The translations under genes and the position numbers were made by a program. From Octopus sinensis (taxonomy: Eukaryota): 64,000 nucleotides of DNA. The notes below the pieces were generated by a model. The model worked only from the letters and a program-made list of their open reading frames with translations. It made no database searches and had not been told where the DNA came from. The stretch lies in assembly GCF_006345805.1 (NCBI RefSeq), contig NC_043014.1:22258001-22322000 (forward strand), given 5' to 3'. Positions 12,973-26,579 of this stretch are shown piece after piece (the first letter of the stretch is position 1; every line of letters begins with the position of its first letter).

Positions 12973-13614
12973 TTCATCATTAATAAGTTCAGAATAGACT
13001 GTTTTACTCCAAATCCACTTTTTTTTTGCCTCGGCTGTGGCCCTGTGGCCTGCACAAAGCATCCAGAAATAAACTTGACTAGAGAGCATAAATATCCAAA
13101 GTGTCAAACTGCACCCCAGGCCATTGACCACTGCCTGCTGGAGTGTGAGGTATGGTCCTTAGCTAAGCTAAAGGCCTCGCATTGAATATGTCTACTACTT
13201 CAGATATGTTAGACTCAATTCAGATTTCTGAGTTGCATATCCTGACTTTTGTTTTTAACCAGAATTATTTATTTAGATATCAAATATTACACTAAGGGTG
13301 TAATTTTAATTAGTTAAAATTTTGGGGTTGACCAACTACCTACATTCTTTAGGATTATTGGATCTGGACTAAACTAATCCTCAAATCCACCACACCACAC
13401 CAACACCACTAGCAGTTTTTCTTTTCTTCCAGAAATTGCATTTACTTCAGATCTATAATAAAAGTCGGGTACAATAGATTAAATCAAGCCCAATATGTAT
13501 TGATACTGGAGAGATGAAAGGCAGATAGCACAGATAGGGTTTGAATGTGGAACATATAGGAAAGTAACTTGTGATAATGAAATATATCTAATCTGGAACT
13601 AATATTTGAAATGT

Positions 13615-13932
13615 GAAGGCACATGGCTTTTTTTAGTGGTTAGGGTATTCAGCTCATGATCCTATGGTCATGAGTTTGATTCCCAGTAGCGTGTTGTATC
13701 TTTGAGCAAGACACTTTATTTCACATTGCTCCAGTCAACTCAGCTGGCAAAATTGAGTTGTATGTGTAATTTAAAGAGTTAGCTTTGTCACATTTTCTCA
13801 CAGTGAATCCACCCTCCTTAAGGGTATGCATGTCTGTGGAGTGCTCAGCCACTTGCACATTCATTTCACGAGCAGGCTGTTCTGTTGGTAGGATCAACTG
13901 GAACACTCATCATCAAAACAAACAGAAAGCCA
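13615..13932 (+). mobile_element. tRNA-derived SINE, family D
   Basis: Head with A/B-box remnants; ttgagcaagacactttatttcacattgctccagt core shared with 63807-64000. Confidence 0.7.
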
Positions 13933-14823
13933 TTTAATATTTGAAATAATGTTATTGTTATTGTCAATGGTTACTCACAGCTTTAATAGTAGACCTATAA
14001 TCAAAGAGATTCCAACCATGACCATCCTCTATAGCAGTGTTTAGCATTACATTGTCTAATGAGGCTTTGTTTAATGCAATAGAGTTCAGTTGAGGGAAAT
14101 TTGGCTGCTCTTGCTAACTATCTATTGGGTGCTAGCATACTTGATGTAGTAAATCAAAACATTTTAATTAATCAAAATTACATCTGATGATAATCATTAG
14201 TTAAATGACTAATTCAGGTCCAAAATGGCGAGATGGACAACCCTGAAATTTTAATGAATTAAAATTACAGCCTTAGTGATGAGAACACCATTATTTAAAT
14301 GACTAATTCTAGTATAAAAAGACATGGGAGACAACCCCAAACTTTTAATTTAATTAAAATTGAAATAAACTCTAGACTTGAGTCTTCTTAAGCATCATCC
14401 GCAAAGGTTAGTTTAACAGTGACTGTTAGTCTTTAGATGACGAAAGAAGTATAGAGGATGTCTGTAAATGGTGCTATAACTTTGGATTTATGATTGGGTA
14501 AAATAATCCAGGGACTCCGATTGCATAAAAAATTAACAGTAGAATGGACGCTAGCGCACTTAATGTAATAAGCCAAGACATTTGAATTAATTTGTGGCTA
14601 TTTGTCTAAATATACCATCTCCTATCTCGTCTACATGTTTGTTCACCTATATCTACTACTACCCGCCTACTAAGGTGCCTAGCTATCTACCTACAGTTCC
14701 ACAAAATTGTGCACCTTTTATATATTTATCTATCGATCTGTAGACCTTTCACTTTCTTTATAAGAATGTGTGCGATGAAGGTAGGAAAAGGAGGAAGGTG
14801 AACTTCTGTATTCACAACATTAG

Positions 14824-14855
<32 letters not shown>

Positions 14856-16158
14856 TTTTACTCGTTTCAACCTGCGAGCTATGATCATACTGTGCCACCT
14901 TGTAAATTACAATAAACATGCAACCTTCTGATTAGTTCCAGATCAGTAGATATCACTTATATGATTATAATGGTTCGTGTAGACATGTTTTCATGTAGCG
15001 CTAGAATTGTATACGATGTAGTGTGAATTATGTTAATTTTTATAAAACATTCGCTACTCAACAGTATCGCTTCCTTGATAAACTGTTAGCTTTCTTCTGC
15101 TGCAGATGACTATACTGGATGCAATATATAAATACACACATACACACTCGCGCTCACAAGAACAGGGAACTCAGAGAAGTGGGTATTCGATGTCTCAACT
15201 TTGATCGAATATATGGATAAATTCTGCTACTCATTTTGAATACTATTTCTCATATTTGTACGTTTGTACACACACACATACACGCACGCGCGGAGACTCG
15301 TGTGTACACATATCATTCATGCATATTTTTATTGAGTGTATTGCATCACACTCATACATACCCTTTCACACATTTTTCTATATGATGTTTCCACATTCCT
15401 CTTGTCTTTTATTTAACCTCACGTTCGCGCTTGCTCCCACCCCCACGATACGATTACTCACACATATCGACACCTCACACCTCCAGTAACCCACAACACT
15501 TTCGCACTTGCACACCTCTACCTACCCCCCCCCCAAAATCACACACATATACCACCCTCCCATTTAAACTCCCCCGCCCCCGGTAGAACCGTATTCCCTA
15601 CCTGGCTTTTAAACACTATTTTTCTTCTCACAACCACTTTTCCTCTTCTCATTTACTATTTTTGCTAATGAAGGACTAACGTCCGAAATGTTAGTGTCTT
15701 TTTCTTTCCTTTTAAATGTTAAGCTATTACAGAAAAACACTAACACAACAAGGACATGTTTTAACAAAATATGTTGTCCTCTTGTGTAATCCTTTTTTTT
15801 TTGTCCATTGTATTTATTACACACACACAATGCGTATCTACAATTCATTTAGTCTATCACTCTACCTCTCCCTCATAAAATCATGCTAGTCCTTGACCCC
15901 TGAAATATATATACACTTCATATTTGTGCTCCCCTACACACATTCTAAATTAAGATTCGTAATGACATTAACCCCTTTTCTCCACCAAAACACGGCAGCT
16001 CTCTTTCGGTTCCTTACAAACGTGAACAGGCAAGGACAACTCAAAAGTAGACTATTGCTTATACATATATACATACATTTTTTTATACATGCATATATAC
16101 ATGCGTGTGTACATTTCTCTCTCTCTCTCTCGTTTTATATATATATATAACCACATAC

Positions 16159-16914
16159 GGATCTTTTCCTTTTGAACGGCACTTTGTAACATAATTTCTA
16201 GGTAACTAAAATGTTTTAAACTTCGTATACTGGTAGAATGTGTTTATAAAACATCATTTTCTCTTAATTTTATTGAGAAAATTCTATAGTTTGTAAGATA
16301 TTTCGTCTGAAATTTCGAACATTTCAGCAATTTTAACCAATCGATTACCTCCATTGAGCTAAAATCATTTGCTGCGTCTAAAACTGAGACATCCTGTCAC
16401 TAACCCTAAACCTCACCCTAACCCTAACCCTAAATTTTTTTTCTTAATTGTTAAATTAATTTAATTGTTACGCGTGTAAAAAAAACGAAAGCAATGGAAA
16501 ATAATTTAACAATTAACAAACAAAATAATTCTATAATTTTATACACACCTTTTCCGTATACGTACGGAAAGCGTGTGTATAAAATTATAGAATTATTTTG
16601 TTTGCTAATTGTTTAAATTATTTTCCATTGCTTTCGTTTTTTTTACACGCGTAACAATTAAATTAATTTAACAATTAAGAAAAAAAAATTTAGGGTTAGG
16701 GTGAGGGTTAGTGACAGGATGTTGTCTCAGTTTTAGACGCAGCAAATGATTTTAGCTCAATTAGAGGCGATTCATTGGTTAAACAAACGAATTACAATTT
16801 TATCAAGAAAGCCAAGAGAAAAAAATGTTTTATTTTGACACATTCTACCAGTATACGAAGTTTTAAAGTGTTTAGTTAACTAGAAATTGTGTGCCGTTCA
16901 AAAGGAAAAGATCT
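16159..16914. mobile_element. 756-bp foldback DNA transposon with 8-bp TSD and internal telomere-like repeats
   Basis: TSD CCACATAC at 16151-16158 and 16915-16922; TIR gatcttttccttttgaacggca; arms meet at a 4-nt loop (16559-16562); (CCCTAA)-like 16401-16433 and (TTAGGG)-like 16690-16711. Confidence 0.9.
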
Positions 16915-16922
16915 CCACATAC

Positions 16923-17255
16923 TTCTGGGTTCAGTCCCATTGCGTGGCACCTTGAGCAAGTGTCTTCTACTATAACTTCGAGCTGACCAAAGCCTTATGA
17001 GTGGATTTGGATTTGGTAGACAACTGAAATAAACTCGTCGTATATATCTGTGTGTGTTTGTCCCCACCATTATTTGACTGTCGGTGTTGGTGTGTTTACG
17101 TCCCGTGACGTAGCGGTTCGGCAAAAGGGGCTGATAAATTAAGTACCAAATTTTTTTTTTTATGTAAGCACTGGGGTAGATTCGTTCAACTAAAACTCTT
17201 TAAAATGGTGGTACCCCAGCATGGCCGCAGTCTGTTGATTGAAACGGGTAAAAGA
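16923..17255 (+). mobile_element. SINE family B, CpG-intact copy
   Basis: gggttcagtcccattgcgtggcaccttgagcaagtgtcttctactata...tttacgtcccgtgacgtagcggttcggc...ccccagcatggccgcagtc. Confidence 0.85.
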
Positions 17256-17292
17256 TACACACACACACGTATATGTGTGTGTATATATATAT

Positions 17293-17395
<103 letters not shown>

Positions 17396-19529
17396 TGTGT
17401 ATATATGTATGCACAAATTTATTGTAAGCTGACAGTATGCGGTCTGAGACGGATTATAACAATATATTTATAAAGATATACAAATATATACGAAGATGTG
17501 TGTGTGTGTACAAACACACCTACCTACACATTGATAGATAGTCACATATGTAGATATGAAATATTTATCATTTAATAGAAACTAACTCGGATTTACGTAG
17601 ATAGCTAGGGACTACCATACATATATACACACTCCCGTTCGCTAGCCATTGTGCGGTCAGTCTACTAGAAATACCAGGCAAATCTTCAAATCCCATCTTT
17701 TCGTCTTAAACTATGAATGATACATCACTTAATGATAAAATAGACAGAATAATGACGACTAGAACGTTTTCGATTGCTCGATTAGTGTTGACCTGGTGCT
17801 AAACAATATCACATAAGCACAGCACATGTGTATGCTTTCTTTGAAAGAATACGTGTATGTGTGGCCTCTGCACTGATTAGCTGAATTCCGGGTCATCTCG
17901 AAATGTACATTGTACACACCACAATATGCTATATTTGTGCTGTTTGTTTATATGTTTTGCCATGACTTCATTATTGATATTTTGATACGTTCGTTTTTGG
18001 TGGAGGTGAGGGCTGGGATATTTCTGCATCGTAGGAACCTAATTGCTCTCTCGATGCATCTTGATTTATCCTCATTTCATTTCACAAATAAGCATTAGTC
18101 AAAAGCAAGACATGAACACCTCACTAGCTTCGTCTGTCGTTCCCATAGATAAATTCACTTAGAGCAGAGTTGTGCTGCAGGCGAATTAATTCTGGGATTC
18201 GGTTTCGATTTCTCATTATACATATTTCGCGTCTCTGAGATCGCTACTGCGGCATACCTAACACAACTCCGATTTCGTTTCCTCATAACTGTTTTAAAAA
18301 ATGGATATGTTTTAATGAAATTCTCTACAAATACACTTCAGGTGGTGTACATTACGAGTATATCGGAAATTAATATGAAAAAGGAAAAAATAAAAAATTG
18401 GCAGCCGTGCGTACATACATACATTCTGATATGCACATTACAAATTTTTCGAAATTTCAAGTTTCATTTTGTAGATATATGTGATGTGTATCAGTATATA
18501 TGCCTACGAGCCCACTATTGTCTTATTTCGTTCATTTCATATTCGTATATAATCGTAACCTTCACCATATGAAATATATTTGTAGAAACTTCATTAAAAA
18601 AATACCGTCCTCTCTGTAACATCGGGAAAAAATTTTTCACAACAGACTTCTATATAATAGCCATTTGAATTGTATTTGTCGAGAATTTCATTAAAGAATA
18701 TCCATTTTCCTGAAAGTTATGAGGAAATAAAGTCGAAGGGGGGTACCCTTGTGTAAGTTATGCCGCCACTGCAGACGTATGAACATCACCACTTTCAATG
18801 TTCGTTTTTCTGAAATTCTATATCACCACCTCTTCGTCATCCTTCACTGATTAATTCATCTCTGAGCTCAAGCACCACTGGTACTTTATTTTATCGATCC
18901 CAAAACGATGACTTGGCAGTATTTGAACTTAAAATGTAAAGAGCGAGAAATAAATGCCGCTAAGCCCCCCCCCCCCTATAATAATTATTATAATTAAAGT
19001 GCAGTTACAGAAGCTGTAGTAACTTATTTTCCTCTTAGTTTCTTTATATATTCTGAATTCAAATACCACCAAAACTGTCATGTCTGCCTAGTACCTGTAA
19101 TATACTGAATGTGATTTTTTAGCTCATATCCCCACAAACCCTTAATTTTTCTCCTCCCACCACCAAGTAGATATTATTTATGAAAGAACTACTTCAATTT
19201 TGTCAATAAATGTAAAAACTAAAAACCTTTAATAAAAATAATTTATCAAATAATTCCTAAATTCTAAGTAATTATCATTTAAAATTAGTTTTCTTGTCAG
19301 GAAATTACGAATATTTAGAAATTTATAATTTGTGATGAAAACAATTTTTAAACAAAATTTTCTAATGAATAAACATCAAAAAATTTTTTTTCAAAGGTGA
19401 CATGTATTTTACCATTAACGTAATAAACTCCATAAAAATAACAGTGTCTATTAATTGCACATATATTCTCTATTATTCAATTCACAAAATCAAAAATATT
19501 TGTAGGGTTAATAAAATCATATCCTCTAA

Positions 19530-19570
19530 CTAGTTTCAGCTTAGGAGCTGTGGCCATGCTGAGGCACCAT
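19530..19570 (-). mobile_element. Isolated 3' tail of the CR1/L2-group LINE
   Basis: ctagtttcagcttaggagctgtggccatgctgaggcacc matches the tail at 55632-55672. Confidence 0.7.
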
Positions 19571-19972
19571 ATTTTTCTGATATGACATGCATAACTAAAG
19601 ACAACCCCAAAATTAATAGCTTCAAAAGAATTATTACTTTTTGAAGTTAAGAATAAAATCCTCTAGCAAAATTTTAAAAATGTATCATATTACCTTTTAA
19701 CCATATTTATTTATTAAGTGAGATCCTTGTGTCTGATGCAGTTTCACAATATCAGAATCCATGTTTTATAGAGACAAATGAAGATCACTTCTACTTAAAA
19801 TTTTTAAGCAATTGAGAACTTTTGATTGTAGGAAAGTCATTTGGTTAAAACCTGGCTCAACTAAATAAAAAGTAGGAAAAGCAATGAAAATATAATCTTA
19901 TTTCTTGTCTAAGCGATAGGAATTTCATAGCAATTTCACTACTTGTCCATAAGTTATTGAAGCCATGATTAA

Positions 19973-20179
19973 CCCTTTAGCATTTAAACTGGCCATGTCC
20001 AGCCTAAATATTTTACCTGTTTTTCATTCAATCTGGCTAGTCTGGTCTTTCACACCTACCCTACAATGTCATTCTAAAAATAAACAATTTACATCATCGA
20101 AACCTTGAAGCTACAACATAATGCATGATAAGCTCAAAGCAATGTAAATAAATAAGCATTATATCTGAATGTTAAAGGG
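19973..20179. mobile_element. piggyBac-type MITE (207 bp)
   Basis: TTAA|ccctttagcatt ... aatgttaaaggg|TTAA. Confidence 0.8.
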
Positions 20180-20689
20180 TTAAATTTAGTTTGGGCAGTT
20201 TGATTACAGTTCAATTAAGCTTTCTTATAGTCTGATATCAACATCATCTTCATTTTTCCCAAATGGTTCTACCACCCCACTTGGGGATTGCTTAGAATCT
20301 AATTTTCATATCATTGTGCAATTTCTTCAAGTGTTCAGTATTCACTAAAATATTATCCTTTTGCAGCTCCTCTTCAATTGTGGTTAGGTTTAAAAAATGC
20401 ATCTAATCCTTATGCCAGTATACTGAAGAGATTAAGTTTTCCAAGGAAAGAACTAACAATCTTTGTATTTTTACCTTGAAGCTGTTTGTTCAGCAAATCT
20501 AGCTTTTCAACTATATTTGAATGGCAGAATATGTCACATTTATCAGCTAGGTTTTCTTCTCCAAGCTACTTACCATTCAGAAACATTACAACATTGTTCT
20601 AAGTCCAACAAAGTGATGCTGACAGTTACTCTTAGAGATTGTCACCAGATGTATGAACTTCAGAGCAATAACATAATCTTTTCTACTCT

Positions 20690-23600
20690 AGGCACAAGAC
20701 CCCAAATTTTGGTGGAGGGGGCCTGTCGATTAGATCAACACCAGTACGCAACTGGTACTTAATTTATTGACCCCACAAAAGGATGAAAGGCAAAGTCAAT
20801 TTCAGCAGAATTTGAACTCAGAACAGATGAAATATCACTAAGCATTTCACCCAGAAAGTAATAACATAATATTGCTTAATATTGCATACAAGATTTACCA
20901 ATACCAACTTGATAGTTTATTTATCAGTTGTGAATTATTATCAAAGTGTCAAAATAATCCTTTTTTTTTTTACTGTTGTGACAGAATTTAAGTTGTAGAA
21001 TATGACTTGTGTGTATGTCTGCTTTTACATGTGGCATTGTATGTGTGTTTTTATATGTGGCCCAAACCTAATTTCCAAATTTTTCTGTAATCTCACTGAA
21101 CTTTTCCAAGGCCTCAAGTTAGGAAACACTGTATTAAAGCAACCCCTGTAGTGAAATCTTAATCACTTGACCTACTACAAGTTGTCGCCATATCTCCTTC
21201 ATAGCACATCCTATAGTTGTAAATAAAGAGAGGACAAATTTAATCATGCTTTCTTTCATGAACCTTGGAAAGATGAAAAAGCAAAGTTGACTCTGTCACT
21301 ATTTGAATTCAGAAACATAAAAGGACCATAATTAACCCTTTCGTTACTGTATTTATTTTGAGATGATCTGTGTTTCTTTCAATTACTTTAAATATAACAA
21401 AGAATTTAGTAAAATAACTTGGTTATCATTCAGCTAGTGTTAGGAACATAAATTGTGACTAAGTTTTGGTGGAAGATTTTAATTCAAAACTTATGAAAAC
21501 AAGACATTTGTATTCAGAACCAGAGCCGGTTTCAGCCGGGTTGGTAACGAAAGGGTTAAGACAGTTTGTCTGATGCTCTTATACAGTCTTTCCTAAACTT
21601 GTGTTAGTCTAACACCTGCTTTGATGGGAAGTTGAAATGGCTAACACTCCTTAAATCATCCATGGTAGGTGAAGTTTAATTTAAATTTTGGTAGGGAAAC
21701 ACAGTTCTAATAATTCTGCCAATCCACATAAATGATATTAAAAACAAAACAAAAACATCACCCAATTGATATTTCAAATGAAATAATTATTGATTTCTTT
21801 AACATTGCCAAAAGGTAGTGGGGAGGGGGGTTATCTTTTTAAGGACAGAATCTACATAACTGTTGGAACTAAGCTCAGTACATTATTATTTATTGTTGTG
21901 TAGCTCTAGCTTGGCCTTGATTAATCAGACCTTTCATTAAAGCTGTTTCAGTCAAAGCTATCCCTTATTTTTGTGTATTAAAGACTACATTACTGAATGT
22001 ATCCTTTCTTCACTTCAAATGTGATAATGTAATGTGAAGGAGACTTGCCTGCTATTTCCACTAGGTCAAGTCACAGCATAGATGCTGCCTTATTGTCATG
22101 CACAGTACTGGTATTTTGTATGTATTCTGTTATTTCTTTCATTGGAAGAAGAGTATGAAAGATAAAATGTTGTCAAAGAATGAGACTTAATACAATAAGA
22201 TATTTTATAAAATATTATTATTTTTGCTCATATACAGATCTAATGGTAATATTGATAATGTTTCTGAACATTGCTACTGGAGAAGAGATAAAATTGATTA
22301 ATCTATTCAATATTAACTCATTGCAGACCACCTGTACTGAAATGTTCCTGTTTAAATTAAAATAATCAAAATTTAAAAGATGAACATTTCAGTAAGTCAA
22401 ACACCAATATAGTGGGGGCCTCTATGTGGCTGCTTGACCTACTCAAAACATTTGCCAAATACCCCTCATAACCTACCGTGGTAAAAAAAAAATCAAAGAC
22501 ACATTTGGCAGCTTAGTTTTGGATTAGTCATGGTTGGAATGTCTTGAACAAGCAATAATCAATATATAGAGTTACAGATATTTTACTTAACTCCTCCATA
22601 ATCTTGATTACATTGAAAATTAATTGAAACACATGTGTAGTTATTGGAAATATAGTCATGACATAGTTGTTAACTTGTCTCCAATATATGATTGATACAT
22701 ATTTTATTGATTTTTGACAGGATTCAAACTCCAATCAATAAAGTAACACAATTCAGTACAACATAGTACTCTACTGTTTCTGGAACTCAAGCACTCAGTA
22801 GTAATTATTAGTATTTCTTAACTTTCTACCTCTTTATGTTCTGTGTTCAAATCCTGCCAAATCAGCTTTGATTTTCATCCTTTAGGGGCTGATAAAATAA
22901 AATATTAATGAAGTATCAGAGTTAATATAGTACTGAGGTTGATGGTATTGGCTTACCTTCTCTCAAAATTGCTACCTTTATGTCTAAATTAGAAACAATT
23001 GTTTCTTTACTAGAACCCCAAGATATTGGAGACAGTACAAAAGATGGAATACAAAACAATGAAAGTTTACATCAAGTAAAAAATAACAATAGAATCAGCA
23101 GCAAGGAAAAGGCTCCCAATTGTTATTATCGCCGGGAGAAATAAAGGAATTCCACAGATCTAACATTACTTTGATCACTATGGACAAATCCCTCTCTCAG
23201 CTCTCATTTCCTAGCCTACAAGTGCATGGCTGAGAGTAGGGTCTTTCATTATAGTCATACTCACCTCCCTCATTTATACCATTATCTTCATCATTATTTT
23301 AATTTGTTTTCTCGTGCTGGTGTGAGTTGGATGGGTTATTACAGATTGAATCTGAACTTGTTTGGAGTTACTACTCTCTGGACTGATTTGGGGACCAATT
23401 TTTGCTCATGCCTTACCTTTTTTGGTATGATTTCTTCAACTGAATGCCAGTTTACAGAGTGTGCTGGTACATTTTATTACAACACCAGGTCTAAAATACA
23501 AGTGGAACTTGTAAAAAAAACCCAGTAAGGACATGGGGCAAGAGGAGAATGTGTATAGGCGCAAGGCCTCAATTCTATGAGAAGGGAATAGTTGATTGAA

Positions 23601-24040
23601 TCAACCCCAGAAGAATGAAAAACAAAGTTGGTCTCAGTGGATTTTGAACTCAGAATATAAATAAGTGTGATTAAATGCAAAAAAATTTTATGTGATGCTC
23701 TACCAACTGTGCCAGTGCACTGCTAACTTCTTTGATTACTTTTATTAATAAGAATAATAATCCTTATTAATTGACAGTATTAATGGATGACCAAAATATT
23801 TACTGCTAAGCATTTCATCCAGCACTATCTCAACTCTTCCTATTTTCTACATAATAATAATAATGGTTTCAAATTTTGGCATAAGGCCAATAATGTTAAG
23901 GAGTGAGGGGATTAGTTGATTACATCAACTCCAGTATTTGACTGGTACTTTATTTTATTGACCCCAAAAGGTTGAAACCTTGGCAGTATTTGAACTCAGC
24001 TGGAAGAAATACCATTTGGTATTTTGCCTGCTCACTGCCT
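20690..24040. mobile_element. Scattered SINE family A copies: ~20690-20855 (-), 21240-21330 (-), 22810-22996 (+), 23480-23725 (-), 23862-24040 (-)
   Basis: Recurrent gatgaaaggcaaagt...atttgaactcagaa and ctgagttcaaat...tttcatccttt motifs. Confidence 0.7.
21336..21555. mobile_element. piggyBac-type MITE (220 bp), young-looking
   Basis: TTAA|ccctttcgttac ... gtaacgaaaggg|TTAA, perfect 12-bp TIR; CpGs retained. Confidence 0.88.
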
Positions 24041-24629
24041 TAATGAAGATTTTTTTTAACACATGGCCACAAATTTAGGGTGGGAGAAATCATAGCTGAT
24101 TATATCAACTCTAATAGTTGGCTCATGTTTGTTTTATTGATACTTACCCCTCCTCAGAAATACATGACAAGCAAAGTTGACCATGTTCCTACCATAACAG
24201 GTTGTGCATAAACCACATCAATGACTAGTAAATACAATATAAAAACTACAAAAAATAAAAGATTATTTGGTAATATGAGGAACACAGCCTTTATTGTCCC
24301 TGTATGCAATCATTTCCAAAACCAAAACATTTATTAAACCCAATAATACTCCTACTTTTTGTTTGAACAAGATCAAAGGGAAGTAATGTCAACATATACA
24401 AGCAATGTCACTACTATGTTATGAGACACCTTTGGAAATCCAGGCATTATCACCTCTTATTCCTCCACTATGGTGGAATGTGAGGTGATAATTGAAGTAA
24501 ACTTTAACCAGACCAAGTTGGTGGACTTGCAATTCAACATCTGGAAAAACAAGTCTATGTCAATCAACTTAGTTATTAAAATGAGACTCTGGTCCAACCA
24601 TGAAGTTGTGAGCAAGGTGGCTAGTCTTT

Positions 24630-24905
24630 TTCAGAAATAGTCTGCCTGTGATGCCACTATACCTCTTGAGTGTTCATAGCTTACATTGGGTACATTGTAT
24701 GGAATTTATATCTACTTCCTTTCTGCATGTTGAGCAAGACCATTTCCCTGAAGATATCAGGATCCTATCTTCTTTCTTGCTTACTAAAACCTTAGACTTT
24801 GCTAAGTTTGCCTTGAAAACTCTCAATTTTAGGTTTAGCTTCTGTGCCTGGAATTTTGTCTCTAATTCTCCTATAGATTCAGCTATGAGAACTAGATCAA
24901 CATTT
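24630..24905 (-). mobile_element. RTE-clade LINE fragment (RT end plus Cys-rich segment)
   Basis: Minus frame reads DLVLIAESIGELETKFQ...KSKVLVS...SGKWSCSTCRKEVDINSIQCTQCKL*TLKRYSGITGRL; homologous to 62300-62480. Confidence 0.75.
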
Positions 24906-24959
24906 TACCATCATGGTACAAAATTCTCAAGATTTCCTTAAATATTGTAATAAAAACCA

Positions 24960-25014
24960 GCAAGCAATTTGGTGAGTTTTGCAATGTTCTTGCAAAACTC
25001 ACCAAATTGCTTGC
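24960..25014. repeat. Perfect 25-bp inverted repeat with 5-nt loop
   Basis: gcaagcaatttggtgagttttgcaa-tgttc-ttgcaaaactcaccaaattgcttgc. Confidence 0.95.
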
Positions 25015-25019
25015 ATGTT

Positions 25020-25800
25020 TTGCTTGCATGCAGTGATATTAGTAGTACAATGGTATTGTACAGGCAAATTTTGATACTGGTAAATGTGTTCATGAGTCAG
25101 ATTTTGTACATTTGCTGAAATACTTCTGTCACATTCCAATTCTGCTTCTGACATCAGTTTCAGCTTCTTTATCATCATACTGTCTGAGTAAGTAAATTGA
25201 CTTACGTCTTTGACAGTTTATTCTTTAACTATCAGAGTGGTTGCTTTACAATCATGTAATAATCCAGGTGTTGTGATTGGCATAGGGTGACTGATCTCCC
25301 GTTTTATCTCACACACATACATTTTTTCTTTACATTGTATTCTTGCTCTTGCTCCATGTATTTCCTATGCCCCACCTCACACCCTCATCCATAGTTGTTT
25401 TTTATGTTTTATAGTTGGAACATTGTGAGACACTCAGGGGTTTTTACAACTTAAGCAATTCATTCAGTAGTACATCAACCTTTTACTCTCTGCAGACAAT
25501 CAGAAGTTAGAATGACATCATTCTCCTAGAAACTCTATGTGTTGCAGAAGATCAATTGAACATTCTATTCCTGAGCACTTTCAGTTTGAAGATGGTGGGC
25601 AACTATCAGAAATCTCTGGTTGACTGTGCTACTGAGGAACATTGCTGGTTTGGGATAAATTCTACAGATATGGAAATGCCATCAGCTAGGCCTGAGATGC
25701 ACACATAGTAAGGAAACTCTTCTGCATGCATTCATTCAGCATTACTGACTCGTGGGGTTATGTTAAGAGCTGTTATCTTGGGTAGGGTGGATCTGGCTAT
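25020..25800 (-). mobile_element. Highly degraded RTE-like LINE RT remnant
   Basis: Minus-strand remnants resembling V(N)QFTY(L)..., AETDVRSRIG and ENDVIL; many stops and shifts. Confidence 0.5.
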
Positions 25801-26579
25801 TAGCTAAATCCATTTTGAGAATTGCCCTGGTGTCTTCCTCTAGTTGGGAAGGGCAAGCAATTTTTGTTTAATGATTATAGCAAAAGAAGTTATGTGGCAG
25901 ACAAAATAGAAAGGACTGAGGGAAAACACTTTTCTCTTAAGTCAAGCGTACATGAATTTCTGGTTTCAAGTAGAAGGTAAGGCTATAGAGAAGGAAGTGC
26001 TGCTATTCTATAAATTTGTTACGCTCAGTATGCTTGTGTAAGCTGTAGATCTGACAAGAGAAGGCACTTGCTCTTTGCTAGTAAAAGGTAATGCAGGGTC
26101 TGTGAAGTTTCCTATTTGGAAGCTATTGGGGCATCTCATTTCATATCTTTTATATACTGCTGATTTACATGTGGATTTTTTCTCTAACTGTTTCTGTGTA
26201 AACCTCCATGTTGTTTTGGTTTTTTTTTCGTAATTGCTTTCATAATGTCCTTCATCTGTTGCTCATGTGGTAAATTAAGAAACGATTGTTACTATGCCTA
26301 TAGAAAACATTAGTATTTTGTAACCAGTGTTTAGTACATTTGGATTTATAATTTTGTCTGGTGTAAAACATCTGTTGGTTATTCATTGTACACTATTTTA
26401 ATTAGTGAGTGTTGTGTTTAATTACCATAACTGAAATATTGACATCCATAGCTTGATATTAGTTTATTGACATTACTGTTTATATAAAGATGTATGGTGT
26501 GGTGTTGTATGTGTGTTTCAAAACAAGCCTGATGAATCTCTGTAAAATATATGTAAATGTGTATTTATTTTGTTTAGAA

